Source: Macrostomum lignano (lineage: Eukaryota). From it: a stretch of 64,000 nt of DNA. The notes under the pieces were generated by a model. That model made no database searches. It saw only the letters and a program-made list of their open reading frames with translations, and was not told the DNA's origin. This document shows positions 36,709 to 47,900 of the stretch, one piece after another; the first letter of the stretch is position 1, and each line of letters starts with the position of its first letter. The translations under genes and the position numbers were made by a program. The stretch is from positions 1 through 64,000 of the forward strand of contig NIVC01001189.1 of NCBI GenBank assembly GCA_002269645.1. The letters run 5' to 3'.

Positions 36709-39171
36709 CCTTTTCAAGCCTGAATTCCTAAATAGAAAGCTCCGTTCCTGCCGGCATGGTCAGCAGAGCTGACCATAGACTATTTCAACTTTTCAGTGAA
36801 CTGAATTGCACTGCCACTCCAGCCGATAAGCCAGCCATCGCTGGTCTAATCTAGGGTTGAAGGAGAATGTACATGTGGAATGGGTTGCACACACGCTTAT
36901 CAAAACTGTACAAGACTGGCCATAGACAGTCCAGTTTTAGTATATTAAGGGCTGTGCCAAATTCTGTACAATTCTATTCATGTAATTCAAATCAATCCAA
37001 ATATGGATATTCTGTTGACTTCCGACTCCGAAAGTGACGCTGGAATAGCGGAGAACTCCGAGTCGTCTGAGTCGGTCACTATCAGCGAAGTAGAAGACGA
37101 TTGGCAGTTTGTGGAGCCAGGCGAAGACATTGTTGAAGACGGCCCCAGTTTCACTGGAATTTCGGGTGTAAACCCCAGCATTGTCCTTCCCGAAGACCGT
37201 GAAGACATCCAATATTTTCTACGACTGTTTCTAACCGATGAGCTGCTGGATAAGATCGTGGAGTGGACAAACGCAAAAGCTTGGGCTGAGTATGAGCAGG
37301 CGACACATGATGGAGAAGATGTTTCGAGCTTGCTGAAGTCATGGAAGGACACAAACCGCAGTGAGATATCCAAGCTGTTGGGTATGTACCTGTTCATGGG
37401 CATCTCACGGAAGCCGGAACTGCATGATTACTGGAGCACCAGTGTCATTCACAGTACTCCGTTTTTTCAATCGCCCAATGGCTTGACCCGTGACCGATTC
37501 AAGCAGCTGCTGGCCTTCCTTCGTTTCTACGATGCACGAGCACCCGCCTCGAACGACCCACTGCACAAGATTCGGCCGCTGCTCCGTCTGGCTCAGCAGC
37601 TCTGCGCGAACGTGTACCAGCCGGAGCAGCAGGTCAGCGTTGACGAGTCCCTGATTCTGTACAAGGGGCGCCTTCAGTTTAGGCAGTACATCCCATCGAA
37701 GAGAGCCAGAGTTGGAATTAAAATGTACTGCGCCTGTGAGTCTGCATCTGGCTACCTGTATAACTTTCTAGTACATTCGACTGCTGAAGAGAACTCTCAT
37801 TTTGGCGACGACCTCGGTTGTGACCAGCTGTCTCTAAGCGAGAAAATCGTAGTGCACCTTTGCAAGGACCTGCTCGGTTTCGGCTATCACCTTTTCGTCG
37901 ACAAGTGGTTTGCCTCAGTACGGCTTGCGACTTTTCTGTACGAACGCAGCACACTGCTGACAGCAACTGTTCGAGCCGACCGTGGAGTGCCGTTGGCATT
38001 GCGCAGTCAGCAGGTGCCGTTGAATGACGTAGTTTTCATGAGGAAGCTGCCAGTGCTGGCCATGAAAATCCTGGAGCGCAAGGAAAGCGGCTTGAAAACA
38101 TTCTTCATGATCGACACCCACGGCTCAGCTCAGAAAGTAGCGACGAACCGAATTCGCAAGAATGGTGAAGCTGTGCAAGTGCAGAAAAGCGCCTCGAACC
38201 TGCTGTACAACCGCTGCATGGGAGGCGTTGACCGACTCGATGCCATGCTGAAACCGTACGACAGCTGCCGCAAAACCTACAAGTGGTTTCATAAGTTGGG
38301 GTTTCATCTCTGCCTGCTGCTTGTACACAATGCATGGGTTGTATACTCAAAGCACGGTGGCCGGCTGCAGTTCTTCAAATTCCTGGAGAGCTGTATCACC
38401 CTACTGGTTGACTCCACGGGACCAGGAAGACAGCGAACGGCAGCTAGGCAACCAGCGGCGGCCGCAGCTCAGCAGCACTTTCCATCAAAGCTGCCTCCGA
38501 TGGAATCGTGCCCGAGGCCGGTGAAGCGATGCCGCGTGTGCTACCGCAACGGCACTGCGAAGCGCACCGTGTTCTGCTGCAGTGCGTGTCCGAATGCACC
38601 TGGACTGTGCCCAAGTCCCTGCTTTGAACGGTGGCATGTGAATCACTGAATTAAAGAACTCCTTTCACCAGCCGTACTATATAATTCGCGTTTGTATTCG
38701 GCATTGACTATTAATTTTTTATCTTTATGTTAAGACAAAAATAATTAAATGTCCAACTGCGGCACTCTACCACAATATTGTTCCCTGTATTATTATATGC
38801 TACTATACGAGCGTACATGTAGTTGCGTCTCAAAATCATAAATTTTTGTTGCTTTTGAACAAATATCTTCTTTTGCTTGAACTTTAACTTTAACTTTCCC
38901 TTTAACTTTATAGTTCGAAATTAATTCAACAATAAACTGCATCTTTCTTCTGTGCCATTGTTAGTACATGAAAGTTGCTCTAGTGGTCGCTACAGAGTGC
39001 TACAGACTGAGTGAGTGCGCTATTTATTCCATGGTCAGCTCAGCTGACCATGTTCGGCAGGAAAGGAGCTGCAATTCTGCGCCTCACTGGCCATAGACTA
39101 CCAATTTTTTTTCTCGTCACCTTCTATTCTATGGCTATGGTCAGCTCTGCTAGCCACCCGGCATCTAAGGG
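36709..39171 (+). mobile_element. Full-length piggyBac DNA transposon
   Basis: TTAA TSD at 36705-36708 and 39172-39175. About 40-bp subterminal inverted repeat (36738-36778 versus 39030-39070), and an intact transposase. Confidence 0.95.
37003..38649 (+). CDS. piggyBac (PGBD4-like) transposase, 548 aa, intact
   Basis: Catalytic D-D-D motifs VSVDESL, LFVDKWF and MGGVDRLD. C-terminal cysteine-rich domain RCRVC...CCSACPNAPGLCPSPCFERWH. Confidence 0.96.
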   Translation: MDILLTSDSESDAGIAENSESSESVTISEVEDDWQFVEPGEDIVEDGPSFTGISGVNPSIVLPEDREDIQYFLRLFLTDELLDKIVEWTNAKAWAEYEQATHDGEDVSSLLKSWKDTNRSEISKLLGMYLFMGISRKPELHDYWSTSVIHSTPFFQSPNGLTRDRFKQLLAFLRFYDARAPASNDPLHKIRPLLRLAQQLCANVYQPEQQVSVDESLILYKGRLQFRQYIPSKRARVGIKMYCACESASGYLYNFLVHSTAEENSHFGDDLGCDQLSLSEKIVVHLCKDLLGFGYHLFVDKWFASVRLATFLYERSTLLTATVRADRGVPLALRSQQVPLNDVVFMRKLPVLAMKILERKESGLKTFFMIDTHGSAQKVATNRIRKNGEAVQVQKSASNLLYNRCMGGVDRLDAMLKPYDSCRKTYKWFHKLGFHLCLLLVHNAWVVYSKHGGRLQFFKFLESCITLLVDSTGPGRQRTAARQPAAAAAQQHFPSKLPPMESCPRPVKRCRVCYRNGTAKRTVFCCSACPNAPGLCPSPCFERWHVNH

Positions 39172-40339
39172 TTAAGCATCCAGGGGACGAATTAAACTCC
39201 CTTCAATGGAGTCCCCACGGCGCGCATAAATTACTTCCAGTAGCTAGTATCGCACATATCTGATAGAATTGGATTTTAATTAACAAATATCGAAAATAAA
39301 TCATTAAAACACAAAAATCGATTTCCAATTTACGATCCTGATAACTTAAAAGTAAAATTTTTCGATAACAGAAAAATGGACTGTAATATTAATAATAAAT
39401 AAATAAATATAATTGTAACCGAAGCGCTATATAGTTGCAGTAATAGTGACATTATTATAATATATGACCATAGGAATGTGAAATACGTGTAAAAGGGACT
39501 AGGAGAGCTTTGCAGATTATTTTAAAATAAAAGCGCTCATGTTAAAAACAACAGTTTAAAATTGGTTCTAAGATAAGACAAACTGCAGTTAATTTGCGGT
39601 GTGTGTAAAACTGCTAGCGAAATTATTATGCGAGAACTGGAAAAGCACAAGAATGGAACAGTAAATGATGTTAGCCTCGGGCAGAGCAATAAAACTGATA
39701 AAAGTTCTCATTGTACTACTAGTAATTATCGATAGTAAAATATAAAACTAGAATTGTGATTGCGGCCCACAAGACTGAGATATCTTGTTTGTCTAGCGAG
39801 ATGAGGGAAGTTTGGATTTACAAAAAAGGGTCCGAAGTGTTGTTAATAAGCACTGATTGCTGGCGCAAGAAAATTAATTAATAAAAGGTGCTCTAATAAA
39901 TATATAATTATCCGTACAAAAGGCAAATTTACAAATACAGAGTCGTTGCAAATTTATAATGTAAAGGCAGTATATAATTAAAATGTGGTTTGCGTAGCTG
40001 CGTTAAACTCGCATTATTGCTTTCATCTCGTTGCTCAGGTAAATAAAAACAGTATCATTAGTAACGCTAAATATTTAAACGGGATGGCGTACTGTTGTTA
40101 CTCTTTCTAACGCGGTCCAAGCCGATTTAGTAAAAAATGCGATTCCTTAAGCTGCGGATTGAAAATAAAAAACAAAGGAAAAGAGTGAAAATTAGGAAAA
40201 TTACAACAGATAGCGGGACTAATAGCTGTTTCAGTGTGTACTTTTGCTATTGGATTATTCTGACTCATGACATTCAACCATTGAATTGAAATACATGACC
40301 TCGGATGACCTCGAGTTCACAGTTTCCATAAGTAGATAT

Positions 40340-40540
40340 CTAACATATCAGCAGATATCTACCATCAACAGCTAAACATCTACCATCAGCAGATATCTAC
40401 CATCAGAAAATAAATATCTACCGCTAGCAGATATCTAACATATCAGCAGAAATCTAACATATCAGCAGAAATCTAACATATCAGCAGAAATCTAACATAT
40501 TAGCAGATATCTAAACATATATCTACCATCAGCAGATGAA
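40340..40540. repeat. Degenerate minisatellite, about 17-18-bp unit (CAGCAGATATCTA(A/C)CAT)
   Basis: Direct observation; it lies downstream of the syntaxin stop codon. Confidence 0.8.
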
Positions 40541-40964
40541 TATCTACTATAACCACCACAAATACGTATAAATATTTGCTAACAGTAGAAATAAGCACGA
40601 ATTAATCGATAATAAATGAAAACGCAATAAAAAAGACGGGATCAAGAGGGGTCGAGCGAATCATGGTGTCCATCATAGACTGACTCATGTCTATGGGGTC
40701 TATCGAGGGGTCTACAAACAACTCATATAGGAAATATAGTAAAAACTATTACTAGCTAATACAATTCAGTCGATTCAAAGGAACAAGCATTAATATACCT
40801 AGCAGTTCTGTACGAATTTCCAGTATATTCTTACATATATATATATGCACATCGCCAACAATATGGTCAATATTTAACAAATAATTCAATGCTAGCCAAC
40901 AATCGTTTAATCCACTGTTCGAAGTAGGTCAGGAGTACTTATCCGGCAACAGGTGCGACTCTTG

Positions 40965-41709
40965 TTAACCTTTGGGCACGACCCCGCCAATGATGGAGCC
41001 GACAATGGCTAGAAGCACTATCACGCAGATTATCATTATGATCTTCTTCTGCAATAAGTTGAGGACAGGGGGGACTCTGCGTTACCATGGTAACTAAAGG
41101 GTGTAAACATGGCATGTCAACAGACTCTCTAGCTCGATATAGTAAACAGTTGCGTGGCAACAAACTGGCTCGATATAGCAAACAGTTGCCATGGCAACAA
41201 ACTGACTCAATATAGCAAACAGTTGCCATGATAACAAACTCTGACTCGGTATAGTTAACAGTTTCGTTGCCATGGCAACACACTCACACATACAGTAAAA
41301 AGCTACGTTTATGCTGACAATGAGGTAATTAAAAAAGCCATCTCCTTGAATCAACTTATAATAGCGCCTCTTCTCACCTTTCTGGCCTTGCTTTGGTACT
41401 TGACGGCCTTCTTTGTGTCCTGCTTGGCAGTCTCGATGTAATCCACTGCCTGCTGCACGTTGAACTCGATGCGGTCGATCATCTCGCCCTGTACGAATTG
41501 CGAATCAGTGCCGGGGTAAGCTGCCTGTCTGTCTGCCTGTCTACTTGCCTGTCCGTCTGCCTGTCTACTTGCCTGTCTGTCTGCCTGTCTACTTGCCTGT
41601 CTGTCTGCCTGTCTACTTGCCTGTCTGCCTGCCTGTCTACTTGCCTGTCTGTCTGCCTGTCTACTTGCCTGTCTGTCTGCCTGTCTACTTGCCTGTCTGT
41701 CTGCCTGCC

Positions 41710-41742
<33 letters not shown>

Positions 41743-41768
41743 TAGTGTCTGTCTGTCTGTCTGCCTGC

Positions 41769-41825
<57 letters not shown>

Positions 41826-41889
41826 GCCTGCTGTCTGTCTGTCTGTCTGCCTGCTGTCTGTCTGCCTGTCTGTCTGTCTGTCTGCCTGC

Positions 41890-41944
<55 letters not shown>

Positions 41945-44900
41945 ATGTCTGTCTATCGAAATTACCTAAAACCCGGATTATGCACACACCATAGTCACAA
42001 ATAAAAGGAACCTTCACTGTTAATATCAATTGAAACCCAATTCATGCTACTGCTAGTAGTACTCAACGCTTTCGTACATAAAAATGTGTATCTGAAAAGC
42101 TTATTCGAAGAAAGTTGCAGAAAAAACGGCAGATACAGACGCGTATGAGGCCAAAAAATCCACTTCATCTATTGGCCTTCCGTCAGGAGGCTGGGCCAAG
42201 CCGGAGCCCTCCGTTCCCTTTCCCCACTTCACGTTCAATCAATTCCGGGGTCGCCTGCCCGGGGGCGGCAGCAGGGGCGTCGAAAGCGCCGTGCATTGAA
42301 GAGCCAAACTCCAGAGCGGCAAATCGATTTCCAAAGCCGCCCCCTCCCACTGGTTATTCCGTATATAGAACTGCCGGCTGGATCTACTTCATTCTGAGCT
42401 TGTCAGCTGGGCCAGCCAGTTCAAGTGGATCAATGCTCTCCCGCACGGCTACTGCGATAAGCTCGGGATATATAAATTTTACCTGACTCTCAACCAGCAT
42501 AGCCATGTCTAAGAACATGTCGTGAAGCTCCTTGATGCTCTTCTCCAGCTTCATGATGTCCTCGTGGCGGGCCTCGATGTCGGCCAGAGTCTGTTTGGCC
42601 TGCTGAGTATCTGTCATGATCTGCATGTGGTTGGGGCACAATGCACCATTAATTAGCTTATCGGTTATGACAGGTGTAGAATATTGAAACTGACTGATCG
42701 TAACCACGGAGATCTTGAGCTGCCAACCGCAGAGCTACCAACTGTTACCTAAACCAAAACATATTTTTGGTTTAAGTAAAAGTTTGTCTGAGACTTCGTT
42801 TTCATTTAAGAATAATTCTGTCTCAGTTTCCACTCCAAATTGACAGTTTTAGAACTACAAATTAATTCGCTTATGATGGACTCACGCCCTGGGTGAAGAT
42901 GGCCGGATTGCCGGACTCGATCATGTCCTCCAGGTTTTCGTCCGTGATGTCCCGGCCAGCTGAATGAGCGAGAGAGATGCGTGGAGTAAATTTATCGATC
43001 TTTGCCATATAGTAAGCAAAAAGTGAATTGAAGCGACTAGACAGACAGTTGAGGTACATTACGCGAGCCGTCTTCGCTTTTGTACGCATCGGGGGGATCG
43101 ACAATACGACGACAGCTGGCAGGTTATTTTAATTAACTTGATAGACAATTCTAATAAAATTCATCAGTACTTATGTTGCTTTAATGCATAATCAAGCAAA
43201 ACTGGGCCTTCAAATAAAAGTATTTTTTACGTTTTTATATCCCCTAATCGCACTGGCTATCTCGTTCATGGTCCAGTGTTAAATGTCGCTTATTAAAACG
43301 GTTTATTGCCATTGGGACTGATTGTAGATTCTATAGTCTATGGCCCCAGTAACGGGTGCCATTTCCTTGCCTGCCGGATGAACAGGTCAATGATACAAAG
43401 TGTTTCATAGTTTGATTGTAGATTCTATAGTCTATGGCCCCAATAACGGGCGCCGTTTCCTTGCCTGCCGGATGAACAGGTCAATGATACAAAGTGTTTC
43501 ATAGTTTGATTGTAGATTCTATAGTCTATGGCCCCAATAACGGGCGCCGTTTCCTTGCCTGCCGGATGAACAGGTCAATGATACAAAGTGTTTCATAGTT
43601 TGATTTTAGATTCTATAGTCTATGGCCCCAATAACGGGCGCCGTTTCCTTGCCTGCCGGATGAACAGGTCAATGATACAAAGTGTTTCATAGTTTGATTT
43701 TAGATTCTATAGTCTATGGCCCCAATAACGGGCGCCGTTTCCTTGCCTGCCGGATGAACAGGTCAATGATAGAAAGTGTTTCATAGTTTGATTTTAGATT
43801 CTATAGTCTATGGCCCCAATAATGGGCGCCGTTTCCTTGCCCACCGGATAAAAATGTCAATAATACAAATAGTTTCTCGGATTGATTGTAGATTCTATAG
43901 TCTATGGCCCCACTAACGGGCGCCATTTCCTTGTCCGCCATTCAATGATACACAGTGTTTCTCAGTTCGATCGTAGATTCTATACTCTATGGCCATTAGC
44001 CAAGCAAGGCCAATTAGTCAAATCGTTAAAAAATACAAAGCAATAATGTTTATACACCTGTCATAAATGGATCGCATATTACACAATAGAACTTTCATTA
44101 TCAGCCTACAACTGGATGAGCTTGGGCAAGGGTTCAGGCAAACATAAGCCGCGGTCAGCTAATCCCTTCGGGTGCAGATTTTTGCTGCTTTGCTACATCA
44201 AGCTAATTTTATTGCGTTTAGTCCGGGTAGACCAAGCAATAAAGAGAGATAAAAAGCCCGGCGTAGGAAAGCTGAGACAGACAGTAGGGGGTCGCATCGC
44301 GAGAGACTCCGTGATTAGTCATGAATAATGAATGAGCGGCCGGGCTCCAGGAGGGTGGTAGTGGCGAAGGGCGACGGGCTTTGTTAATAATGAAATACAC
44401 CAGGGAGAGAGCGACCCTCGGCCCCGAATCCACATTTCATCTGCTCGATGCACCCCAAAAAGGCATAAGCGTAAAAACCCTGTACAGAATATAGCTGTGG
44501 TTGTGTCTCGTACTATTGCATTAGTCTTTACGTTATATTTCTACCATCGCCCTTTAAATCTTGCTAGCTTCCAAACTCAGTTTCTGAACTTGAAATTCCC
44601 CAGATTTCATATCCCCAACTTTCAAATCTCCAGAGTCCATATTGACTGACGAAAGCAATGGTCAAAATTTAGAGGGTTAAAGATATTACTAGTTTGAGAT
44701 GAGGTTTTCAATTAAATTATCTTTCACTTGTTGGCTCTGAAACAACTGTACAGTACAGAACAACAGAACGCGTGGCACAATGATGACGGAACCAATGAAA
44801 ACAATCATTCAATGTTCTTGTCTTTTTAACTGAACAACTACAATTTTTTGTTTGCAAATAGAAACTTGGTCCAGCCTTCGATTATAGATTACCTGGGCAA

Positions 44901-47900
44901 CGTTATCCGAATATTCGGTTGCTGAGAGCTGCTGCAATCGATTAACAATGCAACAATTTCAAATCAATAGTAAGCTTATTGTTAAAACTAAATGTTACAC
45001 TAAAAGTTCAGCATAGAGGCCAACACTATAGGCAAAGGCAACAAATCAAAATAATAATGAGAGTTATAATGCCTCATATTGATAGTTTTCTAGCGCAGTA
45101 TCTACGCCGGGGGTCGGCAAACTTTTTTACCTCAAGGGCGAGATGAGAGATAAGGAGGGGGAATAGAAGATGAGAGACGAGAGGAGAGGAGAGGCGAGAG
45201 ATGGGAGGAGAGAAGGAGAAGAGAAGACGAGGAGAGAAAAGGCAAGAGAGGGGAGAGAAAAGCGAGGAGAGGAGAGGAGAGGAAAGAAAAGAAAGAAGAG
45301 AGGGGAGGGAGAAGAGTGGTAAGAGTAGATAAAAGAGGAAAGAGGAGAGAGAAAAGGAAAGAAGAGAAAGAGAGCTGAAAAGAGACACGAACTTTGAGCA
45401 GTCCGGATCTCTATTGCGAAGCTTTAAAGGACCCGAGGGTCGGATGGAGAGGCTTTGCGGTCCGGAGTTTGCCGAACCCCTGACCTACGCGAAATTAATA
45501 TTTTCAACAAATTAGGATTAAAGACAGCTTCAGTTCTAATAGTGCGCACAGGTCTGATGTACTTTTAAAATACTAACTTAAGTAAGAATAAATGAAAATA
45601 GAGGCGAGTAACAAGGACAAGTTTACTTAGAAGAAAGAATACAATGTCAGTGTTGAGTGTTGAGGCAAAGTGTTTGCTCCCGTTTTCCTCGACCAGTTGT
45701 CAATTACTACCTATGGTAGCTAGGCAGTTAATTACTCTAGCAGAGCGCAAACATTAGCTCAGTTGTGCAAGGCGGTGAAATGTTATCTGTCAGCAGTCCG
45801 GGGTATCTCGGGGGAAGAGGGGAACAAAAGTGACTATCTAATATCTGTCACGGGCTCCCATATAGGCGCTCACACCAGCCAGATACACTGCGCTGCACTT
45901 CTATGCGAAGCCATGCTTTGCATTGAGATCTCACCCGGCCCGTTTCCATGGCAACTGACAGGGCCAGTGAATACATGCTCCCTCTCCCTGGACCTCCTGG
46001 CATTCAGCCAAAACTAGAGAGGGGAGAGAGAGCGCGCTGAGCTCAATTGTGACGATGGAAGAGAAAAATGAGATAAATAAAGCCGGAGCAGTCTGTACTT
46101 TCTTATTGGCCCTTCAACTCCAGTGTTTCGCGCCCTTGACTGTCTCGTCGCAAAGCATCAATACACTTTGTGCCTTGGGGATCGGTTGGCCCCCGTGGAT
46201 CAAGGAAATAACGGATTGCTAAACACTATGGCCCCAGATTAAGTGGACTCAGTGGGATAAGTTTGGGGTAATAAACGTATGCATACACCGCATAGGCAGT
46301 AAGAAAACAGATGGAAGGCGAAAGGTGAGCCACTGCATTGGTAATTTTAATCCCTACATCCCTCAGTTCTCACACTTGCCATTATAGGGAGAAAGTGTTT
46401 CCCTCCTTGAGGGTTGCCGGGCAGACAGCTAGAGAAGGAACTGGGGAGCAGCAGGAGGAGAGCAAGGCCTTCCTTGGCGACGGGGCGGGGCAGGGAGAGA
46501 GGACAGGCGATGATGGAGCTGGAGAGGCTGGCTATAGGACTCGGCAGTGATGGACGGGTGTGTCACGCACAGCAGGGGGAGGGGGGAATCATAGTTGGTG
46601 TGTGCGTGCGTGTTTTATTGAAACTATAGAGAACAGATGAATGCAATCAATAATTAAAGTGCATAACAAATTTGCTGTATTGTACATCTAAAATACCCAG
46701 TTGCATGCATTGTTAATTTAAGGCTTCCATATAAATAATAAAATGAACAGAAAAATTCTATTTAGACAGAAAATAAAATGCTGGTAAGCTAATACATATT
46801 GTAACTAATATTATTAATTGAAATGGAGGAAACAGTGAGCCTAAATGTATCGCAGCAGCATAGTGTGTAGATATATACCAGTGTGGCAGATGCTATCATG
46901 CATGCATACGCAAGACCGCATCAGATTTACCTATCTCCATCTGTCTCTTAATCCTTCCCTTACACGCGTCGCGATAATCGATTTGCGCTTTGTTATAGTC
47001 GCTCATTACCTCGATGAACTTGCGCGAGATTGTTGAATACTAAAATTTAAAAAATCACAATGCGCGACCATTTTAGAAATGAAAAAATACTGCAATTCCC
47101 ATTGATTCGAATGGCGTTCAATATTTTGAAAGAAAAAATTATAAGCATCGCCCGGTCCACCCCTACTCTCCCGGGCTGGCTTCCCATGAGAGGGGGGGGG
47201 TTGGCGCTAAGCCTTCCCAGCCAGCTCTCGCTCGCCGGCAATATAATTCAAGATTATTTTATGCAAAAGAAATCAATATAAAGTACGGACAGACCGATAG
47301 AGAGAGATAGGGAGAGCCTGTGCACCCCTGTGGCCAACTCAAGGCGCCAGCGGAGAGAAGCGAAGGCGAATAGATGGACAGGCAGGCTGGCCTTAACACA
47401 ATAAGCCGGGGGGCTCAACAGTGTAAGCATGTTTCGGAGGCTGGACCGCAGGGGGCGGAGTCCAAGATGAGGAGGAAGATCCGACGCCTCACCCCAACCT
47501 CCTGCTCCTTAAGAGCTGGATTGAATTGGAAGGGAGGGGCCGAGGAAATCCAAATAAACTGCTGCAGCCGCAGATCTCGCGCACGCACACAAACTCATTC
47601 TACTAACGAAGGCCCAGGGAACACATCTCGAGTTGCCAATCCGCCATCGCCCAGAGAGAGAGAGAAAGAGAGAGAGAAAGCAGTGCGCATCAATCAATAG
47701 CAGGGCCACCAGAGGGAGCCAAATCATAATCTGGTGGGCGCCCGCCTCTCTCAATCCAATCCAACACAACAGGAGCCTTCCTACCCCTCTCCAGTCTCGA
47801 TGCACCTTCGTTCTCTCGACTCGAACTCTTCGCGCTATTGAACCAAGGCCTGAAATAGTAATAAGCTGCTGCTCACAAATAGAACACTGCTCAGACTGGG

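Noticed and set aside
42384-42707. ORF extending the syntaxin SNARE exon into flanking introns as a possible TM-less isoform
   Set aside because: Canonical splice sites bound the 138-bp exon and the extensions lack similarity. There is no sequence support for intron retention.
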